Source: Alphaproteobacteria bacterium (GTDB lineage Bacteria; Pseudomonadota; Alphaproteobacteria; MPNO01). From it: a stretch of 64,000 nt of DNA. The notes under the pieces are model-generated. The model searched no databases and was not told the DNA's origin. It saw only the letters and a program-made list of their open reading frames with translations. This document shows, piece by piece, positions 1 through 9,792 of the stretch (positions are counted from its first letter, which is position 1; each line of letters starts with the position of its first letter). The translations under genes and the position numbers were made by a program. The DNA is taken from contig CBDFLJ010000002.1 in the NCBI GenBank assembly GCA_965248835.1, forward strand, positions 992,001 to 1,056,000. The letters are read 5' to 3'.

Positions 1-262
1 CGCCGTCGGGTGGAATACCCGAGACGGCCGGGAGCTCGACGACGCGGCGATGGCGCACACCGTGATTGTCGAATCTCGCGATGCCGCCTGGGATCAGGCC
101 GGCAATGTCCGCGGATCGAAATGCGAGATCTTTGCTGAGATCGGGGAGATCTTTGCGGGCATCAAGTCTGTTCCCGAGAATGCGACCGTGATCTACGATT
201 CGGTCGGTATCGCCATCATGGATGTTGCTGCGGCGAAACTCGCTTATGACCTGCTGCGGTGA
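1..262 (+). CDS. Ornithine cyclodeaminase/mu-crystallin family protein, C-terminal part (5' end outside the window)
   Basis: Frame is open from base 2: AVGWN..GRELD..EIGEI..TVIYDSVGIAIMDVAAA matches the OCD/CRYM C-terminal pattern (F/Y-x-S-x-G-x-A-x-x-D). Confidence 0.8.
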   Translation, partial: AVGWNTRDGRELDDAAMAHTVIVESRDAAWDQAGNVRGSKCEIFAEIGEIFAGIKSVPENATVIYDSVGIAIMDVAAAKLAYDLLR

Positions 263-384
263 TCCAGGGAGCGTCGCCGCGGTCCTAAAAGGCGGATCCT
301 ACGAAGTACATTCTACCCGCCAGATCAATTCTGGGCCGATCCGATGGTCCCATGCTCAGCCCCCAGTTTCTCCAGGGTCATGCC

Positions 385-689
385 TGGCTCAATCTGACGC
401 CCGACCGGCTGCAGGCTCTTCTGGCCGCGGTAGGGATCGCGCTGAGCCGGGACCCGATCTGGCGGTTTCTGAGGCGCGAGGGTCTGAGCTTTAACCCCCC
501 CTGTTCGCGCTTGAGCAGGCCCGGGCGGCGGTTGCCTGCAAGCGGGCACGGTGGCAGGCGCAGAGAGGCTTCGCGCCCCACGGCCGCTGGCGCAGCATGA
601 CCTTCCTGGCCGGTCTGCGCACCCATGGGCTGAGCGCGCCCTGCGTCTTCAGAAACGCCCGATATGGTTCTATCTAAATCAGACAGACT
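385..689 (+). mobile_element. IS630-family transposase remnant
   Basis: Fragments IWRFLRREGLSF and APHGRWRSMTFLAGLR..APCVF lie in different frames; the remnant ends at ...GACTCTAG. Confidence 0.65.
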
Positions 690-1730
690 CTAGTGGATAA
701 AATCTAACAGACGATTCCCTTGTCCGAGCGTATGTGCGAGTCTGCGGGCATGCGCACAGGGATTACCTTCGAGGTTTGCGTCGCCGACCGTGCTCGTCTG
801 GAAGCGGTCGTGGCGGACAGGAACAGCCCGCAGAAGCATGTCTGGCGGGCCGGGATCATTTTGGCCACGGCTGCCGGCGCGGGGACGGTCGAGATCATGC
901 GCCGGACCGGGAAGTCGAAGCCTTGCGTCTGGCGGTGGCAGGAACGGTTCATGGCCGAGGGCGTCGATGGCCTGCTGCGGGACAAGACCCGGCCTTCGCG
1001 TATTCCGCCGCTCGAACCCGGTGTCGCCTTGCGCATCGTCGATCTGACCCTGACCGATCCGCCCGCCGAGGCGACCCACTGGACGGCCGCCATGATGGCC
1101 GGGAAGCTCGGCGTTTCCGTCTCTTCCGTGCAACGCATTTGGCGCGCCCACGGGCTCCAGCCTCATCGGGTGCGCCAGTTCAAGCTCTCCAAAGACGCCA
1201 ACTTCGCCGACAAGCTGCGCGACGTTGTCGGGCTCTATGTCGACCCGCCCGCCCATGCCATCGTGCTCAGTGTCGACGAAAAGAGCCAGATCCAGATCGC
1301 ACGCAGCCCGGCCTGCCGCTTCGCGTCCTCGACGGCACGGTCATCGGCCGCAACATGCAGCGTCATCGCCATCAAGAATTCATCCGCTTCCTCAACACGG
1401 TCGAGGCCGGAACGCCCGCCGGCACGGTCATCCATGCCATTCTCGACAACGACGCCGTCCACGCACCCCAAGGTCCGACGCTGGCTCGACCGTCTGAGCG
1501 CGCTGGACCGACTTCCTGTTCCTGGCTCAACGCCGCTTCTTCGCAAAACTCGCCAGCGCCGGCTCAAACGCGGTGTCTTCCACTCCGTCGTTGACCTTCA
1601 AGCCGCCATCAACTGCTTCGTTGCCGAGCATAACGCCAGCGAGGCCAAGCCATTTCGCTGGACCGCGGACCCGGACAAAATCATCTCCGCCGTCAAACGC
1701 GGGCATCAAGCGTTAGATTCCATCCACTAG
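690..1730 (+). mobile_element. IS630-family element with degenerate transposase (ORF 720/750..1730)
   Basis: TIRs CTAGTGGATAAAATCTAAC (690-708) and GTTAGATTCCATCCACTAG (1712-1730) match 17/19. HTH region WRWQERF..GL, VLSVDEKSQIQ and KPFRWTAD are present; the DDE core is frameshifted or deleted. Confidence 0.9.
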
Positions 1731-1732
1731 GC

Positions 1733-2240
1733 ATGGGCTTATGTCGGACGAATATCAGCACATCGCGATCATCACCGGGACGGAACGCCGCCGGCATTGG
1801 ACGGGGGTGGCGAAGCTGCGCTTCGTATAAGAACCACTGGCCAGCGGAGACAGCGTCTCGGCCGTGGCGCGACGCCATGGCGTCGCGCCAAATCTCCTGT
1901 ATCGTTGGCGTCGATTGATGACCGAGGAGGAGGGCGATCCCGGTGCGGACGGACGACGGGGCTACGGGCAATGGCGAGGTGCGCCGGCTTGAGGCGCGGG
2001 TGCGCGAACTGGAGCCTCAGCTCGACCGCAAGACGCTGGAAGTCGAGATCCTCAAGGAAGCCATTGCCAAGTCGCGGGAAAAATCGACCTTGCTCGCGCG
2101 GTCGCTGCTGAAGGACGCCTCCCAATGAAGGTTGAGGATGCGACGATGCGCGTGCGCCGCCTGGTCGATAACAAGCCGACCTATGGCTATCGACGCATAA
2201 CGGCGCTATTGAATGCTCGGCTCGATCACAGCCGCGCCGA
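1733..2240 (+). mobile_element. IS3-family (IS2-like) remnant: broken orfA and start of orfB
   Basis: VSAVARRHGVAPNLLYRWRR, RKTLEVEILKEA and PTYGYRRITALLN, interrupted by stops and frameshifts. Confidence 0.8.
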
Positions 2241-2329
2241 CCAAGCATCCGTCGCGGTTTCAAGGCAGAACCTCGCAACAGAACCATCACGACCCGCTGG
2301 CTCTCCCACTCAGCCCGACAGATCACTAA

Positions 2330-3271
2330 GAGCCCTTCCGGAAAGTTCTTGAATCGGAAGAATCGTTTGTGATTCTGTGCTGGGCATCCGGTTTACAGGA
2401 GGAAGCCCGATGTGGACTGCGGAACACCGCCGCGCGGCGGAGCGTCGCGGACTTCGCTATCCGAGTGATCTGACCGACGCCGAGTGGGCGCTGATCGCGC
2501 CAATGATCCCGCCTGCCAAGCGCGGCGGGCGCAAGCGCTCAGTCGACGTGCGCGAGGTTCTGAACGGCATCTTCACCGTGCTGTCCACGGGCTGCCAGTG
2601 GAATGCACTGCCCAAGGATCTGCCGCCGAAGTCGACGGTGTACGACTATTTCGATCTATGGGAGTGGGATGGCACGCTGGAGCGGATCCATCATGAACTC
2701 TACGTCGCGGTGCGCGATGAGGAAGGACGCGAAGCCAGCCCGTCGGCCGCGGTCATCGACAGCCAGAGCGCCAAGGCGGCGCAAAAAGGGGGGCGTCGAT
2801 CGACGATCAAGGCTTCGATGCGGGCAAGAAGGTCACCGGTCGCAAGCGGCACATCATGGTCGACACGCTCGGCCTGATGCTGGGCATCGTGGTGCATTCC
2901 GGCGACGTTCAGGATCGCGACGGTGCCCACGAGCTCTTGCGCCGCACCCGGCGACGGTTCCCATTCATCGAGGTGATCTACGCCGACGGCGGCTATCAGG
3001 GACCGAAGATGGCCGCGACTGTCGCCAAGACCGGGGGTTGGCGGCTCGAGATCGTCAAGCGCAACGACGTGCCCCGCTTCGAGGTGCTGCCAAAGCGTTG
3101 GATTGTCGAACGCACCTTCGCCTGGATCAGCCGCAACAGGCGCCTCGCTCGCGACTTCGAACGTCACGTTCGATCCGTCGTCGCCTTCATCCGACTCGCC
3201 ATGATCCGCATCATGCTGCGCAGACTCGCCGCAACCCACTCACCATAGATTCAAACTTTCCGGATCGGCTC
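2330..3271 (+). mobile_element. IS5-family (IS1031-like) element, apparently intact; transposase in two ORFs (2410..2877 and ..3248) joined by a -1 frameshift
   Basis: TIRs GAGCCCTTCCGGAAAGTT and AACTTTCCGGATCGGCTC; TAA duplicated at 2327-2329 and 3272-3274; motifs YPSDLTDAEW, IDSQS, ADGGY, RWIVERTFAW; A5G6 slippery site at 2783-2793. Confidence 0.92.
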
Positions 3272-3287
3272 TAAGGACAATGACCAT

Positions 3288-4283
3288 ATGACACCGGCAA
3301 AATGCGCTGCGACGATCATGATTGCAACCAGTCTTCTCTTTCTCGTTACCTACAGGGACGCCGTCGGGTCCGGCGACAAGAGACCATTGCATTGCGGCGA
3401 TGCGTACGCCCAATATGAGAAATATTGGAAGTACGATGCAGAAGAAGCGTTTGCATTCGGACAGAAGATCAAGGACACGGTGCGCCAAAGGGATCTCGTC
3501 GCGTTCTTTTCCCTGGTTGATGGCGAACTCGACAATGGGCCCAGGCGCATATACATCGACAACAAGTCATTCAGTGATATATTTCCAGAATCCTGGAGGG
3601 CGAAGATACTCAAATCCGAACCAGAGTGTACGCCGGTGGGGTGGCGTGGCTTCATGCTTGCGCATGGTCTAATCTGGTATCGCAGCAGTCCCTTCAGAAT
3701 AATAGCAGTCAATGGCTGGGTTGAAGAAAAATTTCCACCTGTTCCGGTAGGATGGAAAGTTGATGGCAAGATCCTTTCTCCGCGGTGTTTCGCCTACGAA
3801 TGGTCGTCCAGCGATAATTTCGAGGAATTTCAGGAGCAATTTGGCATCCGGGATTTTAGGGATTTTCGGCACAATACCGGAAAGTACTTTGGCGATCCGA
3901 TTTACCCCTTCGAACCGATTTTGTTTTATGGCGAAAGAATCAGTATTTGGCGCAATGTCATAGATTGCGCCGTCGACGTCGATGGCTTGTTGATTGAGAA
4001 TAAGGCGGTTAAATTTCCACCAAATGGCGATGAGCCATGGAGAAAATACGAGTATAGTCTTCTGTCGGAAATATCAAATAACCTGTGCCGGGAACTTGCT
4101 CCCAATCTTCCAGGAAGATGCGTTAAATCTTACCTTGTCGAAATATTCAGGCCCGGCGGCAGCATGTCGCTCGTCAGCCTCTATATCTACGGTTTGTTTG
4201 AGTTGGGAGACGGTGGAAAGATCGTTTTCCCGCTGAAATATTTCGATACATTGAACTCTGCACGAAATTTTCTCGACAATTGA
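3288..4283 (+). CDS. Hypothetical exported protein, AT-rich, Cys-containing
   Basis: 331-aa ORF, AAGGA upstream, hydrophobic N-terminus, visibly AT-richer than its flanks. Confidence 0.75.
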   Translation: MTPAKCAATIMIATSLLFLVTYRDAVGSGDKRPLHCGDAYAQYEKYWKYDAEEAFAFGQKIKDTVRQRDLVAFFSLVDGELDNGPRRIYIDNKSFSDIFPESWRAKILKSEPECTPVGWRGFMLAHGLIWYRSSPFRIIAVNGWVEEKFPPVPVGWKVDGKILSPRCFAYEWSSSDNFEEFQEQFGIRDFRDFRHNTGKYFGDPIYPFEPILFYGERISIWRNVIDCAVDVDGLLIENKAVKFPPNGDEPWRKYEYSLLSEISNNLCRELAPNLPGRCVKSYLVEIFRPGGSMSLVSLYIYGLFELGDGGKIVFPLKYFDTLNSARNFLDN

Positions 4284-4339
4284 TGAGAGATGTATGCGGA
4301 GGTCGTGCACCTGGACGCCTCCATTTTCCTGGAGAATTT

Positions 4340-4830
4340 TACCTGATTGTGATTCTCTGCGGCTGCTCGGCCGGCGGGGATCTTGATGAGACAGGCCGGC
4401 CTGTTTGGCTTACCGGATCATTTGTGCAAGCAGTGTTCGATCGGTGATCCGCTGGAAGTGTTGGCGCGAATGGCAGACTTCGAGATCTTTCGCCGCTCGA
4501 AGCAGCGCTTGGCTGTTCGGGCGGCCCAAAAGGCGGCCGCCCGGTTTAAGCGCGACCGAGATCTGGCTTGCTCAGTTGGCCCAAGCGGCGCAGAAGGGCA
4601 TCGATGCACGCTGGACGGCGAAGACCGGAAAGCGCAAGAACTCTGCCGGATCGCAACGGAGAATGCCCGACATCACGGTCCCGGTGTTCGGCGACAGCGG
4701 GCAGGACCGTCGCGCTTGTGGCGCGGCGGTAAGCCCGCGCAGCTCACATCGCTATCGACCGGGCCTACGGCTTCATCCGCACCTCGGCAATGACCGATGC
4801 CGCCTGCCATGACGGCAAGATGCGGCGCCG
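4340..4830 (+). mobile_element. IS5-family (IS5 subgroup) transposase remnant
   Basis: MRQAGLFG..GDPLEVL..DFEIFR, QKGIDARWT and HIAIDR..GFIRT..TDA fragments in shifting frames. Confidence 0.75.
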
Positions 4831-4836
4831 CAGGCG

Positions 4837-5720
4837 TCACGAGCGTCCATCCGCCGGTGGATTGAACTGCCGAGAGTCTCTCGTCTCCAGATCGTCCAGC
4901 ATGGCGTGGATGCGCGCGATATGCGCGTCGGTGTCGTACATGTTGTAGAGCAGCGCCTGGGTGCGCATGAGATCGCCGGTGTAGAACTGCTCGTGCAACC
5001 GCTGGCGCCCGGCGAAGCTCGACAGCGAGGCATCGAAGGTGAGGTGCAGCAACTTGATTCGCTCGGGCGAGCTCGCGTTGGCCGACTGGAAATACATCGC
5101 GACGTTCTCCTTGAGCTCGCCCGCCACCTCGGCATAGGACGGAACGGCGACAAGACCGCCCGCACCCAGCGTGTTCAGGATCTCGCATTGGCGGTTGTAC
5201 GGCTTCCAGTACATGCTCTGCCACGTCTGCAGCGGGCGGGTGCCGGCGGCTCAGGTGCCGAACTCGGTCTCGGTGCTTTCGGCCTCCGCAGCGATCCGGC
5301 AGGTGCGCGCGAACTCCGCAATCGCGATGGTTTCGGCGAGTTGGACCTGGACCGGGTTGTGGGCGTCGATCTTGGACGCACGCGCGACGGCGAGCGTGAG
5401 CGCCATCATGAACTCGGACTTGGACGTCGCCCGTACCACCGATTGCATCAAGGTGTTGGGCAGGGTGTGCGATTGCGGATTGACGAGCTGGTCGAATGCG
5501 GGATCGTGAAAAATGAAAGGCCTTTCCGACGGCACCAGCACGTCGTCGAAGATCACGAGACCGTCGGATTCGTCGTATTGCAGCGACAGCGGATGGTCCA
5601 ATAGCGACGGGCGTTGGTCTGGGCCACGGGTGGGCGGCAGATAAAGCGGAGCCCCGGCATAGAGACCGGAATCGCGAACCCGAACGAGAATGCCGTCGTG
5701 TCGCGGACCTCGTTGGTGCG
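4837..5720 (-). pseudogene. 4-hydroxyphenylacetate 3-monooxygenase (HpaB)-family flavin monooxygenase pseudogene
   Basis: FAIPVSMPGLRFICR, DHPLS..YDESDGLVIFDDVLVP and SSFAGRQRLHEQFY motifs; frameshift near 5605, in-frame TGA at 5251-5253, N-terminus missing. Confidence 0.85.
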
Positions 5721-5949
5721 GCGCCTTCCGGAAATGAGGCTGGCGGAAGGGCAGGGCTGGGCGTCCATCCCGACGCTCACGTTCAGAGGCGTTCAGAATC
5801 TGCTGGTGGTGTGGAGCACGACCAGGACGCCGAGATCATAGACCCGTCGCGGCGCGCATGGGGTTGATGCTTTGGAGCGCCCGATGGTACGAAGTTTATC
5901 CGAACGTCGACGCGAATGGCTGCGAAAATCGAATGATGGAGCTGCGCTG

Positions 5950-7011
5950 ATGGCTGATGATCCAGTCGAACCGATGGTCCGCAACGCTTGGTACATCGCC
6001 GCTTGGGGACAAGAGGTCACGGACAAGCCGCTTGCACGTCGATTGCTGGACGTAGACGTCGTTCTGTTCCGTCACAGCTCGGGTCAGGCGGCCATCCTCG
6101 AGGACAGGTGCTGCCACCGTGGTGCGCCGCTCAGCCTCGGCAGCGTCGTCGATGACGGGATACAATGCGGCTATCACGGCATGACCTTCGGCCGCGACGG
6201 CGCGTGCACCGGGAATCCGGGCGAGGAAGAAGACCGGCCGCACTATCGGGTACGCTCTTATTCTGTCGTCGAGCGGCAGAACTTCGTTTGGGTTTGGATG
6301 GGCGATCCCAACCTGGCCGATCCGGCCCGGATCATCGATTTCCCGTTCCACGACGCCGACGAGGAATGGCCATTCCAGTTCGGCTGCTATCGCTACGAAG
6401 CGAACTTCATGTTCGTGATCGATAACCTCATGGACTTGACCCATCTCGGCTACGTCCACGGTTCGACCATCGGCGGGTTTCCCCAATCGCATGTGGAGGC
6501 GGTGCTGGAGACCACGGTGACGGAGAACGGCGTGAAATTCCTGAGGTGGATGATGGCATCACCCCCGCCGCCCTCCTTCGTTTCGGTCGCCGGATTCCAG
6601 GGCAAGGTCGATCGTTGGTCCGATTTCGAATACGTGGCGCCGGCCTCGGTGCTGCAATGGGGCGGCGCACTCGATGTCGGTCGCGGCGCGAAGGAGAACC
6701 GATACCAGGACGGCGGCGTGTCATTGCGGCTTTTCCACCATGCGACGCCGGAAACGGAAACCAGCTGCCACTATTTCTGGTCGGTCGCGAACCGCAATTG
6801 CCCGGAAAGCACGCCCGCCGGGAAGCAGTTCTATGCGGACATCGCCAACGCGTTCATCGAAGACAAGACCATGATCGAAGCCCAGCAGGCGGTGATCTCA
6901 CGCGACCGAGAACGCGGGCTGCACTACCGCCAACACGACGAGTCGGTCGCGCTCGCGCGCCGTGCGTTGCATCGCATGCGTGCCACGGAACTTAGATCCG
7001 CCGCCGAATAG
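5950..7011 (+). CDS. Rieske non-heme iron oxygenase alpha subunit, VanA/demethylase-like
   Basis: RNAWY, Rieske CCHRG..CGYHG, mononuclear iron NLMDLTHLGYVH, C-terminal FIEDK..IEAQQ. Confidence 0.93.
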   Translation: MADDPVEPMVRNAWYIAAWGQEVTDKPLARRLLDVDVVLFRHSSGQAAILEDRCCHRGAPLSLGSVVDDGIQCGYHGMTFGRDGACTGNPGEEEDRPHYRVRSYSVVERQNFVWVWMGDPNLADPARIIDFPFHDADEEWPFQFGCYRYEANFMFVIDNLMDLTHLGYVHGSTIGGFPQSHVEAVLETTVTENGVKFLRWMMASPPPPSFVSVAGFQGKVDRWSDFEYVAPASVLQWGGALDVGRGAKENRYQDGGVSLRLFHHATPETETSCHYFWSVANRNCPESTPAGKQFYADIANAFIEDKTMIEAQQAVISRDRERGLHYRQHDESVALARRALHRMRATELRSAAE

Positions 7012-7058
7012 CGCTCCGGCTCCTGCAAGACAGATGGATGGGCGCAGGAACCGCTCGC

Positions 7059-7829
7059 TCAACAGCGGACTTGTTGATCTTCTTGATCTCCGATAACCGC
7101 GAAAACCCGCGCCGGCGAGCCGTCCAGCCCCTCCAGTCGCAGCGGCACCGCCGACAGCATGAAGTCGGCCGCATTGATGGCGCCGACATTGGTTACCATC
7201 TGAATGATGATGGTCTTGTTTCCAAGCAGCAGCCGGTGGTTGTGGCCCGCAGGCTGTCCTTCCGGGCGTTCGATGCCGTCCCGCCAGAAAGGAAATTCGG
7301 GGAAAAAGTCGATCGCGACCGCGCTCACGTTGCGTTCAACCAGAAGCGCGGCGGCGTCCCTGTGCATGTAAATCGTGTTGTCCCAGAATTCCGGGGTACC
7401 CCATTTCTGTTCCGTCCAGCCGGTGTGCAGGATCGGGATGACAGTCTCGTCGAAATCGACCCCGGCGTTCAGGATCGCCTCGGCCGTCACCATGCCGCCG
7501 GGCGGCACGTCCGTCAGGGGAATGATCCTGCCTTTCCCGACGGTCCGCTCGAGCGGGATCTGATCCACGGACCAGGTGTCTTCCAGCATATGCAGCGGCG
7601 CGTCGATGTGGGTTCCGATATGTGTGATGATCTCCAGCTTGCTCAACATGTGATTGGATAGTTCGGGTTCGATATCCCCCACGATCCCCATATTCTTCAG
7701 CCGTGCGTTCTGCGCCTCGCTCATGACCGACAGAGGGTAGGCTCGGGTGGGATTGTCGACATAGAACGGAAAACCGGGGAGTCCCGCCATGTTGCCGTTG
7801 ATCGGCAGGCTCAGATCTACAATTCGCAT
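7059..7829 (-). CDS. Cyclase family (kynurenine formamidase-like) metal hydrolase
   Basis: IVDLS, HIGTHIDAPLH (HxGTHxDxPxH), DGSPARV. Confidence 0.9.
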   Translation of the reverse strand: MRIVDLSLPINGNMAGLPGFPFYVDNPTRAYPLSVMSEAQNARLKNMGIVGDIEPELSNHMLSKLEIITHIGTHIDAPLHMLEDTWSVDQIPLERTVGKGRIIPLTDVPPGGMVTAEAILNAGVDFDETVIPILHTGWTEQKWGTPEFWDNTIYMHRDAAALLVERNVSAVAIDFFPEFPFWRDGIERPEGQPAGHNHRLLLGNKTIIIQMVTNVGAINAADFMLSAVPLRLEGLDGSPARVFAVIGDQEDQQVRC

Positions 7830-8665
7830 GCGTTCACTCTTCTCTGGTCGTTCGATGGCGGATATGTGGCGAGAAATTCACGCAGGATGGCATTGAACGC
7901 ATCCGGCTTTTCCCACTGAACGAAACGCGAGGCCCCGGCGATGGGCGGCAGTTCCCGGAATCCTGCCATCTCCGCCAGGGTATCCGGCTGATCCGGAAAA
8001 GGATCAAGTGATCCGCAGACACCCCACACCGGCGTATCAAGCCTGGTGAATGGCTCGACGAGACTGGGCACCGAGACGGCGAACTCGAGCATGCCGCGTT
8101 CGTACTCTTCGGCCGGGTGGCGGGCAAACATCTGGATGCAAGGCTCCCGAATCGGCGAATCCAGAGGTATCACCGTGTACAGGCTGCGCCCCGCCTCGCG
8201 CCGCAGGTAATCTATCAAGGCGTCACGACCTTGCTCTTTCAGGATGCGAACAACCTCCCGGTTCGCCGCCGCCCAGCGATCGAAATACTTGCCGGCCTCG
8301 TGCAATTCGCTCCACGCGACCATCACAACCCCCCGCACCTGCTCGGGATGACGGATCGTGTAGTCGACGGCAATGGCGGTTCCGAAGGCAACCGCGACAA
8401 TGACCGGGCGAACGATGTCGAAGTGACCGATCAGCGCCTCGAGGTCGCTGCGCTGGTTCTCCAGTTCGTATCCGCCGCCCGGCGCGCCGGTGCGTCCGTG
8501 CCCGCGCCGGTGATAGACGAAACAGCGGTGATCCAAGGCAAATTCCCCGATCTGATGTTCCCAGTATTCCGTGCCGTGAATCTCTCCGTGAACGAAGACG
8601 ATATCGGGTCCTTTGCCGACAATCTCGCAATCGAATTCCCAACCGTTCGCGTTTACCAGGCTCAT
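7817..8665 (-). CDS. Alpha/beta-hydrolase fold protein with a non-canonical triad
   Basis: VFVHG, RRGHGRT, HPEQVRGVV and WEKPDAFN are present; the nucleophile elbow reads AVAFG; overlaps the cyclase start. Confidence 0.85.
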   Translation of the reverse strand: MSLVNANGWEFDCEIVGKGPDIVFVHGEIHGTEYWEHQIGEFALDHRCFVYHRRGHGRTGAPGGGYELENQRSDLEALIGHFDIVRPVIVAVAFGTAIAVDYTIRHPEQVRGVVMVAWSELHEAGKYFDRWAAANREVVRILKEQGRDALIDYLRREAGRSLYTVIPLDSPIREPCIQMFARHPAEEYERGMLEFAVSVPSLVEPFTRLDTPVWGVCGSLDPFPDQPDTLAEMAGFRELPPIAGASRFVQWEKPDAFNAILREFLATYPPSNDQRRVNACEL

Positions 8666-8819
8666 GAAAGCGATCCCGGTTGCCGCCGCGCCGGCAAGCG
8701 GTCGGCTGGTTGCCGACAGCCATGCGCCTCTTCGGTCAGTTTCACGACGAGCGATCCCTCTGGGTCAGCTTTCTGGCCCCTGCGACGCATGCATGTGACC
8801 GTCATGGCGGCAGAAACCA

Positions 8820-8936
8820 TAGCAGCCGCGGTATTGCGGGGCATAGTCCGCAACGACGGCAACCCGTGGGTGATCGCCGGCGCGGAGCCGGGCGAGGCCC
8901 TGCGCGAGGTTTACGATCCCTGGCATCGCATCCTCA
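8820..8936 (+). pseudogene. Possible tyrosine integrase fragment
   Basis: AAVLRGIVRNDGNPWVIAG..PG..DPWHRI resembles the pre-box-II segment of alphaproteobacterial phage integrases; cut by the IS5 copy. Confidence 0.5.
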
Positions 8937-9672
8937 AGCGTCGTCCTTACCCGAGCGATCTGACGGATGCGGAGTGGGCGCTGATCGCGCCAATGATCCC
9001 GCCGACGCGTCGCGGCGGCCGGCCGCGCGACGCGGATGTCCGCGAGGTGCTCAACGGGAGCTTCCATGTTCTTTGGACGGGCTGCCAATGCTCGGCGCTG
9101 CCCAAGGACTTGCCACCGAACTCGACGGTGGACCACGACTTCATGCTGTGGGAGTGGGACGGCACGCTCGGGCGCATCCATCATAGCCTCTACGTGATGG
9201 TGCGCGACCGGGAAGGGCGCGAAGCGAGCGAAGCGAGCCCATCGGCGGCGGTGATCGACAGCCAGAGCGCAAAGGGGGCGCAGAAAAGGGGGGCTCCGTT
9301 CGACCCGCAGGGCTCCGATGCCGGCAAGAAGGTCACCGGGCGCAAGCGCCACATCCTCGTCGATACGCTCGGCCTGCTGTTGAGCGTCATCGTCCATCCC
9401 GCCGACGTGCAGGACCGCGACGGCGCCCGCGAATTGCTTCGAACGGCGCGCCGTTGGTTCCCCTTCATCGAGACCATCTTCGCCGACGGCGGCGACCAGG
9501 GGCCGAGGATGGCGGCGACCGTCGCCGCGACCGGCGCCTCGTCCGCGACTTCGAGCGTTACGCAAGAACCGTCGTCGCCTTTGTCCGTCTCGCCATGATC
9601 CGCATCATGCTCGGGCGCTTGACACCGCCAACCGCTTGTCGATAAAGCGCAAACTCTTGGATTCGCTGTTAA
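8937..9672 (+). mobile_element. Degenerate IS5-family (IS1031-like) copy related to 2330-3271
   Basis: YPSDLTDAEWALIAPMIPP, IDSQSAK and GRKRHILVDTLG; 5' truncated, with an internal deletion removing the RWxVERT segment. Confidence 0.85.
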
Positions 9673-9792
9673 CAACCTGTCCGATTTGCCGGGGCCACCT
9701 CAGTAAGCATTAGGTCCGGGATTGTGGACGTCCCGGGGACTTGACTCTTGTTTTCACATAGTCTACGTCAACAACAAAGCAAGGAGGAGAAC

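Noticed and set aside
5251-5253. In-frame TGA in the HpaB-like gene as selenocysteine or Trp recoding
   Set aside because: The gene also has a frameshift and lacks its N-terminus, and TGA is a normal stop in many genes here. A TGG-to-TGA nonsense change is simpler.
8117-9598. 493-aa ORF as a novel fusion transposase
   Set aside because: Chance read-through joining antisense sequence of the hydrolase gene, an integrase scrap and a broken IS5.
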